Assembly (NCBI GenBank): GCA_963796975.1
Contig: CAWCNW010000023.1
Coordinates: 35,305 to 99,304, forward strand
Length of the DNA stretch: 64,000 bases
Direction: 5' to 3'
Source: an uncultured Actinomycetota bacterium
GTDB taxonomy: Bacteria; Actinomycetota; Actinomycetes; Propionibacteriales; Nocardioidaceae
The stretch's first letter is position 1, and every line of letters begins with the position of its first letter. Shown here piece by piece: positions 49,132-57,005 of this stretch. The translations under genes were made by a program, and so were the position numbers. The notes beneath the pieces were generated by a model. The model was not told where the DNA came from. It searched no databases and saw nothing but the letters and a program-made list of their open reading frames with translations.

Positions 49132-51275
49132 CGTTCGGCCTCCCGGAGCGCGGAGGGGCGGGCGGCGCGGCCGAACCGGGTGAACACCGCGGTGCAGCAG
49201 GCGGCGGTCACGACGGCCACCCCGAGACCCACTGCGGTGAGGACCCACGGGCGTACGGCGAGGTCGATGAGCGGCGCGACCGCCCAGCCGCCGACCAGCT
49301 CCATCGGACCGAGCAGGGTGGTGGTCGTGGCGGCCGCGGTCACGACGGCGGCTACGAGCACGATGCCGGCCAGGGCGAGCGCCTCGACGACGTAGGCACG
49401 CCGTACCGCGCCGGGGAGCAGGCCCGCCGCTCGCAGGCCGGCCACCTCGGCCCGCCGCCGCGACATCTGGCCCGCGAGCCAGGCGACCAGGTGGGTGAGC
49501 GCGACCAGGGCGACCCCGATCGCGACGAGCAGCGCGAGCCGGTCGGCGCGGGCCTCGGTGGTGCCGTCGAAGGCCGCCCGCACCGAGGCGTACGTCGTGG
49601 GCGCACCGCCGCCGTCCGTACGGAGCCGCGCGAGGACGGCCGGCGGGGTGTCGGCGCGGGCGATGACGACCGCGTGCGCGGCGGGGATGGTGCCGACGGC
49701 GCCGCGGAGGACCCGCGGCAGGTCGAGCAGGCTGCCGGACCGGCCGAGGAAGGGCACGGCGCCGACCGGACCGACGACCCGGATCCCGGGGTTCTGGCCG
49801 TCGAGGCCGGGCACGGTCGCGTGCAGGGAGACGTCGGAGGTGGTGAGGGCCTGCATGGCCTCGGCCGGCGGCGGGTGCGCGGACTGGTCGAAGGAGAGCA
49901 GCGGGACCGCACCTTTCCCGGTGTACGAGACCGGGTCGCTCACCAGGTTCTGGGAGCCGGCGGTCACCCGGCGTACGACGAACGGTGCGGCGCCGCCGAC
50001 GGTCACGGACAGCACCGAACAGCCGACCCGGCACTGACGCAGCGGACCGGTCGCCTCGCCGTTGCCGGTCACCCGCACCCGGGTGGTCAGGGGGAAGCCG
50101 CCGTCGCCGACGTAACGAGCGACCACGGTGCCGGTGCTGCCTCCGCTGCCGCCGAACCCGGACACCAGCACTCGCAGCGACGTGCCGGTCATCAGCACCG
50201 GGTCGGGCTGCTTGGCCAGGGCGGTGATCCGGGAGGTCGCGCCGGCGACGCTGGTGCTGGTCATGAAGTCACCCACGACCGCGGGCCAGCGCGCGGAGTC
50301 GACGAAGACCCGACGGTCGAAGGGTCGTTGGTCGTCGATCGCGACGGCCGCCATCAGCCAGGTGCCGCGGGGGTCGGCGTCGTGGGCCGCGGCGTACGCA
50401 CGCAAGCCGCCAGCGGTGAACGGCACCGCGAGCGGTCCGCCGGCCCGCAGGCGGGAGGCGTCGTCGCGCCAGGCCGCCGCCGCCCGGCCGCCGGTGAGGG
50501 TGACCGCAAGCAGGACGGTCGCGGCCACCAGGATGCGGACCACCGAGGCGGGGTCGGGGTCGCGCCGGAGCCGTCGGCTGGTCAGCGCCGGCCCGAGCCG
50601 CTGCCCGAACCGCGGGACGAGCAGCATCAGCCAGGCCACCACCTGTCCCGCCGCCAGCGCCACCAGGGCGGGGGCGATGACCGGGACCCAGCCCTCTCCG
50701 CGGCGGTGCGCCTCGTAGACCGCGAGCACGGCGCCGGCGACGACCAGGATCTCGAGGAACGAGGTCAGCCAGGAGCCGGTCCGGCGTCGCGGATGCACCG
50801 ACAGCGCGTCCCCGAGAGGCCGCCGGATCACCGAGGCGGCCACCACCGCGACGGTCGCCCAGGAGCCGAGCAACAGGCCGACGCCGAGAAGGATCTCGCG
50901 CGCGCCGACGGAGTACGACGTGTGCCAGCCGTCGGCGATCCGCTTCGCCAGCAGCACACCGAGCCCGGTGCCGAGCGCGACCCCGACCAGGCTCACCACG
51001 AGCAGCGGGCCGGCCGCGAAGCCGACCAGCCGGATCCCGGTCATCCCCCGCAGCCGGGCCAGCGCGACGTCGTGGATCCGGTCGACGGTCGAGCGTGCCG
51101 TCTGCTCGGCCAGCACCACCGCGCCGTACAGAGCGAGCATCGCGGCCACGGCGGTCGGGGTGTGGCCGGTACGGGACGCGCCGACCACGGCCACCGCGCC
51201 GGCGGCGACCACGAGGGCCAGCACGAACGTCGCGGACGAGGCGACCAGGTGCGACCGGATGCTGCGCAGGAGCAC
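49128..51275 (-). CDS. FtsX-like ABC transporter permease, duplicated (about 10 TM), 715 aa
   Basis: N-terminal and C-terminal FtsX-like TM bundles separated by an extracytoplasmic domain of about 300 aa. Confidence 0.8.
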   Translation of the reverse strand: MLLRSIRSHLVASSATFVLALVVAAGAVAVVGASRTGHTPTAVAAMLALYGAVVLAEQTARSTVDRIHDVALARLRGMTGIRLVGFAAGPLLVVSLVGVALGTGLGVLLAKRIADGWHTSYSVGAREILLGVGLLLGSWATVAVVAASVIRRPLGDALSVHPRRRTGSWLTSFLEILVVAGAVLAVYEAHRRGEGWVPVIAPALVALAAGQVVAWLMLLVPRFGQRLGPALTSRRLRRDPDPASVVRILVAATVLLAVTLTGGRAAAAWRDDASRLRAGGPLAVPFTAGGLRAYAAAHDADPRGTWLMAAVAIDDQRPFDRRVFVDSARWPAVVGDFMTSTSVAGATSRITALAKQPDPVLMTGTSLRVLVSGFGGSGGSTGTVVARYVGDGGFPLTTRVRVTGNGEATGPLRQCRVGCSVLSVTVGGAAPFVVRRVTAGSQNLVSDPVSYTGKGAVPLLSFDQSAHPPPAEAMQALTTSDVSLHATVPGLDGQNPGIRVVGPVGAVPFLGRSGSLLDLPRVLRGAVGTIPAAHAVVIARADTPPAVLARLRTDGGGAPTTYASVRAAFDGTTEARADRLALLVAIGVALVALTHLVAWLAGQMSRRRAEVAGLRAAGLLPGAVRRAYVVEALALAGIVLVAAVVTAAATTTTLLGPMELVGGWAVAPLIDLAVRPWVLTAVGLGVAVVTAACCTAVFTRFGRAARPSALREAER

Positions 51276-51281
51276 GCCGGA

Positions 51282-51947
51282 CTACCGCCCGTCGCCCGCG
51301 AGGAACAGCTCGTCGCCGCCGGCGACCAGCCGGCCCTCGTCGAGCACGAGCGTGCGGTCGGCCGCGTGCACGACGGCGGGGTCGTGGGTGGCGACCACGA
51401 CGATCGCGCCGCGGGCCGCCTCGGCGCGCAGCTGGTCCATGACGTGCTCGCGGTTGCCCTCGTCGAGCTCGCTGGTGGGCTCGTCGGCGAGCAGGATCTG
51501 GGGGGCGACCGCGAACGCGCGGGCGCAGGCCACGCGCTGCATCTGCCCGCCGGACAGCTCCTCCACCTGCCGGTCGCCGAGGTCACCGATGTAGAACCGG
51601 GTGAGCTCGAGGTCGGCGCGCTCGTCGGCCTCGCGGGGCCGCTCACCGCGGGCCCGCAGCGCGATCGCGACGTTCTCGCGGGCGCTGAGGATCGGCACCA
51701 GCCCGTAGACCTGGAGCACGAACGCGACCTCGTGGCGTGGGTCGCCGTCGCCCTGCCACATGTGCCGGCCGCCGTACGTCGCGAAGCCCGTCGTCGGCTT
51801 CTGGATGCCGCCGGCGATCGAGAGCATGGTCGTCTTGCCGGAGCCCGACGGGCCGGACAGCGCGGTGACCTCGCCGGGCCGGAACTCCAAGGTGACCCGC
51901 TCGAGCGCCCACCGTCCTCCGACGTTGAGCGAGACGTCCTCGAGCAC
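51282..51947 (-). CDS. ABC transporter ATP-binding protein (MacB/LolD-type), subunit B
   Basis: GPSGSGKTT, LSGGQMQRVACA, LLADEPTSELD, VATHD. GTG start at 51947 is proposed; an upstream non-ATG start is possible. Confidence 0.85.
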   Translation of the reverse strand: MLEDVSLNVGGRWALERVTLEFRPGEVTALSGPSGSGKTTMLSIAGGIQKPTTGFATYGGRHMWQGDGDPRHEVAFVLQVYGLVPILSARENVAIALRARGERPREADERADLELTRFYIGDLGDRQVEELSGGQMQRVACARAFAVAPQILLADEPTSELDEGNREHVMDQLRAEAARGAIVVVATHDPAVVHAADRTLVLDEGRLVAGGDELFLAGDGR

Positions 51948-51994
51948 CAGGTCGTCGGTGGCCGGCTCCGGGACCGGATGCAGGTCCGGCCATG

Positions 51995-52930
51995 TCAGAC
52001 CACCTCGTCGTCGGTGGCGGACCGGCTCAGCAGCAGGCGGTCGGCCTCTTCGGGCTCGATCCGCACCAGCGTGCCCGGCGGCCACTCACGCGCGATGTGG
52101 GCGGGCAGATGGACGACGCCCTCCGCACCGACCACGACGTACTCAGCGCCCTCGCGGCCCTCCATCCCGACCCGGCCGCCGCGCATGGTGACCGTGCGCG
52201 GGAAGGTGCCGGCGACCTCGGGCTGGTGGGTGACCACCAGGATCGTCGTCCCGAAGTCGTTGCCGAGGCCGTGGATCAGCTCGAGCATGTGGTCGCGGTC
52301 CTCGTGGCTGAGCTGGCTGGTCGGCTCGTCGGCGAGCAGGAGCTGGGGCGCGCTGGTCACGCTGCAGGCCAGGGCCAGGCGCTGGCGTTCGCCCCCCGAC
52401 ATCGAGGAGACCACCTGGTCGCGCTTGGCCTCCAGCCCCACCCGGCGGAGCAGCTCGGCGTCACCGAGGGTGCGGTCGGGGTCGCTGCTGGCCGACCGGC
52501 TGAAGCGCAGGTTCTGGCGGGCCGTGGCGTAGTGCAGGAGGTTGCGGGTGGCGCCCTGGAGCATGGTGCTCACGCGCGAGGCGCGGACCTTGGTGAGCTG
52601 GCGCTCGCTCATCCGCGAGATCTCCTCGTCGCCGAGGAAGATCCGGCCGGCGCTGGGCCGCTGGATCCCGCCGAAGAGGGTCAGCAGCGTCGACTTGCCC
52701 GAGCCGCTGGGGCCGAGGAAGGCGACCCGCTCGCCGGCCTCGACGGTGAGGTCGACGCCCTGGAGGGCGACGACGTCGTGGCCCTCGAAGGTCTTGTAGA
52801 GGTGGACCAGGCCCTGGCACCGGACCGACAGCCCGCCCGTGCGCTCGGCGGTTGCTTCCACTGCTCCCCCTCCACCCGCCCGTACCGGGCCCTGCCTGTC
52901 TGACGCAGCAGTATCGCCCACGGTTGTCAT
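51995..52930 (-). CDS. ABC transporter ATP-binding protein (MacB/LolD-type), subunit A, with a C-terminal extension of about 70 aa
   Basis: GPSGSGKST, MSGGERQRLALA, LLADEPTSQL, VVTHQ. ATG at 52930. Confidence 0.85.
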   Translation of the reverse strand: MTTVGDTAASDRQGPVRAGGGGAVEATAERTGGLSVRCQGLVHLYKTFEGHDVVALQGVDLTVEAGERVAFLGPSGSGKSTLLTLFGGIQRPSAGRIFLGDEEISRMSERQLTKVRASRVSTMLQGATRNLLHYATARQNLRFSRSASSDPDRTLGDAELLRRVGLEAKRDQVVSSMSGGERQRLALACSVTSAPQLLLADEPTSQLSHEDRDHMLELIHGLGNDFGTTILVVTHQPEVAGTFPRTVTMRGGRVGMEGREGAEYVVVGAEGVVHLPAHIAREWPPGTLVRIEPEEADRLLLSRSATDDEVV

Positions 52931-52946
52931 GGGGACCCGAGATGGC

Positions 52947-53067
52947 GGTGAGTGTGCCACCGAACTGGTCAGGGACAAGGTGGCAGGCTCACCGCTACGG
53001 CGGGGGCCCGGCCCGGTGGCGGTGGGTGTGCCACCGATCCGGTGAGGGAAAAGGTGGCAGGCTCACC
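52947..53067. repeat. Tandem pair of hairpin repeats GGTG(A/G)GTGTGCCACC-N17-GGTGGCAGGCTCACC in a divergent promoter region
   Basis: Unit 1 arms at 52947-52961 and 52979-52993. Unit 2 arms at 53021-53035 and 53053-53067. Same family as 14922-15041. Confidence 0.7.
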
Positions 53068-53092
53068 GCCAAGCAAGGACCAGGAGGCAACG

Positions 53093-53761
53093 GTGAAGCT
53101 ACTGCTCACGTCCGGCGGCGTGACGAACCCGACCATCCGCGAGGCGCTGGTCGGGCTGCTCGGCAAGCCGATCGCCGACAGCACCGCCCTCTGCATCCCC
53201 ACCGCGCAGTACGGGCATCCGAACGTCGGCCCCGGCGTCCGGCCGTGGCAGTTCATCAGCGGACACTCCGAGAACCCCATGGTCGAGCTGGGCTGGAAGT
53301 CCGTCGGAGTGCTGGAGCTCACCGCGCTGCCCAGCATCGACGAGGAGCACTGGGTGCCTCTGGTCCGTGAGACCGACGTCCTGCTGGCAGCGGGCGGCGA
53401 CGCCCTCTACCTGTGCCACTGGATGCGCGAGTCGGGGCTCGCGGACCTCATCCCCTCACTCACCGAGACGGTCTGGGTGGGGCTGAGTGCCGGCAGCATG
53501 GTGATGACACCCAGGATCGGCGAGGACTTCGTCCAGTGGAGGTCGCCGACCGGTGACGACAGCACTCTGGGCCTCGTCGACTTCTCGATCTGCCCGCACC
53601 TGGCTCCCGATGGCAAGCCCGGCAACTCGATGGCCGAGGCGGAGCAGTGGGCGGCCGGCCTCGGGGGTACGACGTACGCCATGGACGACCAGACGGCGAT
53701 CCAGGTCGTCGACGGCACCGTCGAGGTCGTCTCCGAGGGGTACTGGAAACAGCTCAGCTGA
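53093..53761 (+). CDS. Peptidase E-like (S51 family / type 1 glutamine amidotransferase-like) protein
   Basis: KLLLTSGG at the N-terminus, GLSAGSMV nucleophile-like block. AGGAGG lies 6 nt before the GTG at 53093. Confidence 0.75.
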   Translation: MKLLLTSGGVTNPTIREALVGLLGKPIADSTALCIPTAQYGHPNVGPGVRPWQFISGHSENPMVELGWKSVGVLELTALPSIDEEHWVPLVRETDVLLAAGGDALYLCHWMRESGLADLIPSLTETVWVGLSAGSMVMTPRIGEDFVQWRSPTGDDSTLGLVDFSICPHLAPDGKPGNSMAEAEQWAAGLGGTTYAMDDQTAIQVVDGTVEVVSEGYWKQLS

Positions 53762-54380
53762 CACCCGCGACGCGCGACTCGAGGACCCGGAACCCCTTCG
53801 CGCTGGCCAGCCGGGTCGTCGGGTAGCCCTGGTCGGTGAGCCAGGCCTGGAGCGAGTCGCCGCCGAGGTTCTTCCCGACCACCATCACCGCGCGGCCCTC
53901 GGGCCGCAGCCGGGCGAACCACTGCAGGAGCAGGTCGTGCAGCGCCTGCTTGCCGATCCGGATCGGCGGGTTGGACCAGATCTCGTCGTACGACGCAGCG
54001 GGCGGCACGTCGTCCGGCTCGACGGCGACGAAACGGTCCGCGAGCCCGAGCGCCTCGGCGTTCTCGCGGGCGAGGAGGATCGCCCGCTGGTTGACCTCGA
54101 CGCCGGTCACCGACGCGTCCTCGGGCCGTACTCCGGCGCGCCGCCAGGTCGCCGCGATCGACAGCCCGATCACGCCGTACCCGGTTCCGAGGTCGAGCAC
54201 CCTCCCCGGGCCCGGCGGCTCGGTCTCGCGGAACAGCACGGCCGTGCCGACATCGAGCCGACCGCGGCTGTAGACGCCCGATCCGCTGGTCAGCGCGAGC
54301 CGCTCCCCCCAGACCTCGCACTCGAACCGCTCGCGGCTGAAGGGCACGGAGGGATCGGCGGTGAAGTAGTGGTCGCTCAC
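53754..54380 (-). CDS. Class I SAM-dependent methyltransferase (RsmC/RsmD-like small methyltransferase domain)
   Basis: [15 protein letters not shown] motif and NPPIRIG (NPPF/I-type) catalytic motif. GTG at 54380 overlaps the truA stop. Confidence 0.8.
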   Translation of the reverse strand: MSDHYFTADPSVPFSRERFECEVWGERLALTSGSGVYSRGRLDVGTAVLFRETEPPGPGRVLDLGTGYGVIGLSIAATWRRAGVRPEDASVTGVEVNQRAILLARENAEALGLADRFVAVEPDDVPPAASYDEIWSNPPIRIGKQALHDLLLQWFARLRPEGRAVMVVGKNLGGDSLQAWLTDQGYPTTRLASAKGFRVLESRVAGVS

Positions 54381-55204
54381 GCGTCCCGCCTGGCGCGCGT
54401 CGTGCCGGCTCGGGCGGCGAGGTCGGCGTCGGGCGGGTAGGCGACCTCCTCGAGCGTCAGCCCGTGCGGGGGTACGACGGTCACGGCGGGGTCGCGGACC
54501 CCGGCGGCGAGGACCTCGGCCGGCCAGGCGACGGGGCGGCGTCCCTCGCCGACCGCGAGCAGGCACCCGACCAGCGACCGCACCATGTGGTGGCAGAACG
54601 CGTCGGCGCGGACGGTGCCGGTCACCAGGTCGCCGTCGCGGGTCCAGGCGAGGTCGAGCAGGGTGCGGACCGTGGTCGCGCCCTCGCGCTGCTTGCAGAA
54701 CGCCGCGAAGTCGTGGAGGCCGAGGAGCGACGCCGAGGCGGCGTTGAGCGCGTCGACGTCGAGCGGGCGGGGCCAGGCGAGCACGTGGTGGCGGGTGAGC
54801 GGGTCGGGTACGCCATCGGTGACGCGGTAGGCGTACCGACGCCAGAGCGGTGAGAAGCGTGCGTCGAAGCCGTCGGGCGCGGCGACCACACGCCGTACCC
54901 GGAGGTCGGCGGGCAGCAACCCGTCGAGCCGGCGCGCGAGCGCGTCGCACGGGTCGCCGTCGTACCTCCCGGCGGCCGCCGCGAGCGCCTGCGGCTCGAC
55001 GTCGAGGTGGACGACCTGGCCGCGGGCATGGACCCCGGTGTCGGTGCGGCCGGCGCAGACCACGGTGGGGCCGTCGACCCGCAGGACGGTTGCCAGGGCT
55101 GACTCCAGCTCGCCCTGCACGGTGCGCAGCCCCGGCTGGGTGGCCCAGCCGTGGAAGTCGCCACCGTCGTAGGCGAGATCCATCCGCAGGCGCACGGTGG
55201 GCAT
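54377..55204 (-). CDS. truA: tRNA pseudouridine(38-40) synthase TruA
   Basis: [25 protein letters not shown] (catalytic Asp), [11 protein letters not shown]. The real start lies inside the long 54377..57070 ORF. Confidence 0.93.
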   Translation of the reverse strand: MPTVRLRMDLAYDGGDFHGWATQPGLRTVQGELESALATVLRVDGPTVVCAGRTDTGVHARGQVVHLDVEPQALAAAAGRYDGDPCDALARRLDGLLPADLRVRRVVAAPDGFDARFSPLWRRYAYRVTDGVPDPLTRHHVLAWPRPLDVDALNAASASLLGLHDFAAFCKQREGATTVRTLLDLAWTRDGDLVTGTVRADAFCHHMVRSLVGCLLAVGEGRRPVAWPAEVLAAGVRDPAVTVVPPHGLTLEEVAYPPDADLAARAGTTRARRDA

Positions 55205-55249
55205 CCTAGGCGGGCGACGTCGCGGCGTTCGCCGCCTACGATCGGTGCA

Positions 55250-56917
55250 ATGGACGACCGCCCCGCCATCCTGCTCGCGTCGGAGGAGAACTCCGAGTTC
55301 CTGCTCGACGAGTTCGGCCGCTATGCGCGCGACTACGACGTACGCGCCGTGCGCAGCGCCGCCGAGGCCGCGGCCACGGTCAAGGGCCTGTACCGCGAGG
55401 GACGGCAGCTCGCGCTGGCCGTCTCGGAGTCGGTGCTGCCCGACGACGAGGTGCTCGCGATGTTCCAGCGGCTGCGCACCTACGTGCCCACCGCGCGCCG
55501 GCTGATCGCCGCGCACTGGACCCGCTTCCGCACCGACGCCGAAGCACTCCGCCCCGCGCTCGCCAAGGGCAAGTACGACGCGTACCTGCTGATGCCGCGC
55601 GGCCCCCGCGACGAGGAGTTCCACACCGCGGTCTGCGAGCTGCTCTCCGACTGGGGCTCGACGGTCGCCGCGCCGGTCGTGGAGAGCCTCCGGATCGTGT
55701 CGCCGACCAACGACGGGCTCACCCTCGCGGTCCGTGACTACCTGGACCGGATCGGCGTACCGGCGCTCGTGCACCACCCCGACAGCGAGATCGGCCGCGA
55801 GGTCCTCGCCAAGCTCGGCGACCAGACCCCCGTCTACCCGCTGGTCGAGCGGTGGGACGGCGACCCCTACACCGTCACCTCGGTACGCGACGTCGCGATG
55901 ACGATCTACGGCCGACCCGACGACATCGAGGTCGACTCCGTGGTCGACCTGGTCATCGTGGGCGCCGGGCCGGCGGGGCTCGCCGCGTCGGTGTACGGCG
56001 CCTCCGAGGGGCTCTCCACCGTCGCCATCGAGGCCGAGGCGATCGGCGGGCAGGCCGGCACCAGCTCGATGATCCGCAACTACCTCGGCTTCCCCCGCGG
56101 CATCTCCGGGATGCGGCTGGCCCAGCGCGCCCGCAACCAGGCGATCCGCTTCGGGGTCCACTTCTACACCGGCTGGCCCGCGACGGGGCTCGACGTCGGG
56201 CGCGACGGCGCCCCGCACGTCGTACGCACCGAGGGCGGCGACGTGCACGCACGGGCCGTCGTGATCGCCTCCGGAGTCACCTACCGCAAGCTCGGCGTGG
56301 AGTCGGTCGACTCCCTGGTCGGGCAGGGCGTCAACTACGGCGCCGCCATGACGGCGGCCCGCGAGATGGAGGGGTACGACGTGTTCGTGGTCGGCGGCGG
56401 GAACTCCGCCGGCCAGGCCGCGATCCACCTGGCCCGCTTCGCCCGCAGCGTCACGATCCTGGTGCGCCGCCCCGACCTGACGGCGACCATGTCGGCGTAC
56501 CTGATCGGCGAGATCCAGTTCAACCCGCGGATCTCCGTCGAGGGCTGCCGGCAGGTGGTCGACGGCGGCGGCAACGGACGGCTGGAGTGGATCGAGGTCG
56601 AGGACACCTCCACCGGCGAGCGCACCCGCCGCGACGCCGGCGGTCTCTTCCTGCTGCTCGGCGCGGTCGCCCACTGCGACTGGCTGCCGCCCGAGGTCGC
56701 CCGCGACCCGCGCGGCTTCGTGCTGACCGGGCGCGACGTACCGGGTGTGGGGTGGGACGACGGCCTGCCGCCGGAGAACCTGCAGACCACGGTGCCCGGG
56801 ATCTTCGCCGTCGGTGACATCCGTGCGGGCTCGATGAAACGGGTCGCCAGCGCGAGCGGTGAGGGCGCCTCCGTCGTGCCGTTGGTGCACACCTGGCTGG
56901 AGCCGGCGCCCGGCTGA
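55250..56917 (+). CDS. Thioredoxin-reductase-like FAD/NAD(P)-binding oxidoreductase with an N-terminal extension of about 230 aa; lacks the CxxC redox motif
   Basis: [34 protein letters not shown]. At the position of the TrxR CATCDG motif the sequence reads [12 protein letters not shown]. Confidence 0.8.
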   Translation: MDDRPAILLASEENSEFLLDEFGRYARDYDVRAVRSAAEAAATVKGLYREGRQLALAVSESVLPDDEVLAMFQRLRTYVPTARRLIAAHWTRFRTDAEALRPALAKGKYDAYLLMPRGPRDEEFHTAVCELLSDWGSTVAAPVVESLRIVSPTNDGLTLAVRDYLDRIGVPALVHHPDSEIGREVLAKLGDQTPVYPLVERWDGDPYTVTSVRDVAMTIYGRPDDIEVDSVVDLVIVGAGPAGLAASVYGASEGLSTVAIEAEAIGGQAGTSSMIRNYLGFPRGISGMRLAQRARNQAIRFGVHFYTGWPATGLDVGRDGAPHVVRTEGGDVHARAVVIASGVTYRKLGVESVDSLVGQGVNYGAAMTAAREMEGYDVFVVGGGNSAGQAAIHLARFARSVTILVRRPDLTATMSAYLIGEIQFNPRISVEGCRQVVDGGGNGRLEWIEVEDTSTGERTRRDAGGLFLLLGAVAHCDWLPPEVARDPRGFVLTGRDVPGVGWDDGLPPENLQTTVPGIFAVGDIRAGSMKRVASASGEGASVVPLVHTWLEPAPG

Positions 56918-57005
56918 TCCCGGTCTGTGAGGCGGGTCACGACACCCGGCCGGGGGCGGTCCGCCGAAGCGGGTCGGCGACCTCCCCGTTGGTACGGTTA
57001 CGCCC

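Noticed and set aside
49132-50034. N-terminal 301 codons of ORF 46051..50034, which would make a 1327-aa permease
   Set aside because: This part is almost pure Arg/Pro/Gly and overlaps the C-terminal half of the upstream permease gene. The ATG at 49131 gives an ATGA coupling and a proper N-terminal TM helix.
51948-51994. Alternative ATG at 51993 as the start of ATPase B (ORF 51643..51993)
   Set aside because: That ATG is in a different frame and gives an Arg/Gly/Pro-rich 116-aa product. The Walker A-containing frame has no ATG, so the GTG at 51947 (or an upstream non-canonical start) is preferred.
49491-52532. 1013-aa plus-strand ORF spanning the ABC ATPase/permease genes, with similar giants at 44615..46597, 46174..47628 and 48736..49395
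   Set aside because: These are Arg/Gly/Asp/Pro-rich antisense shadow ORFs opposite genes with clear Walker and FtsX features. This is a typical GC3 artefact.
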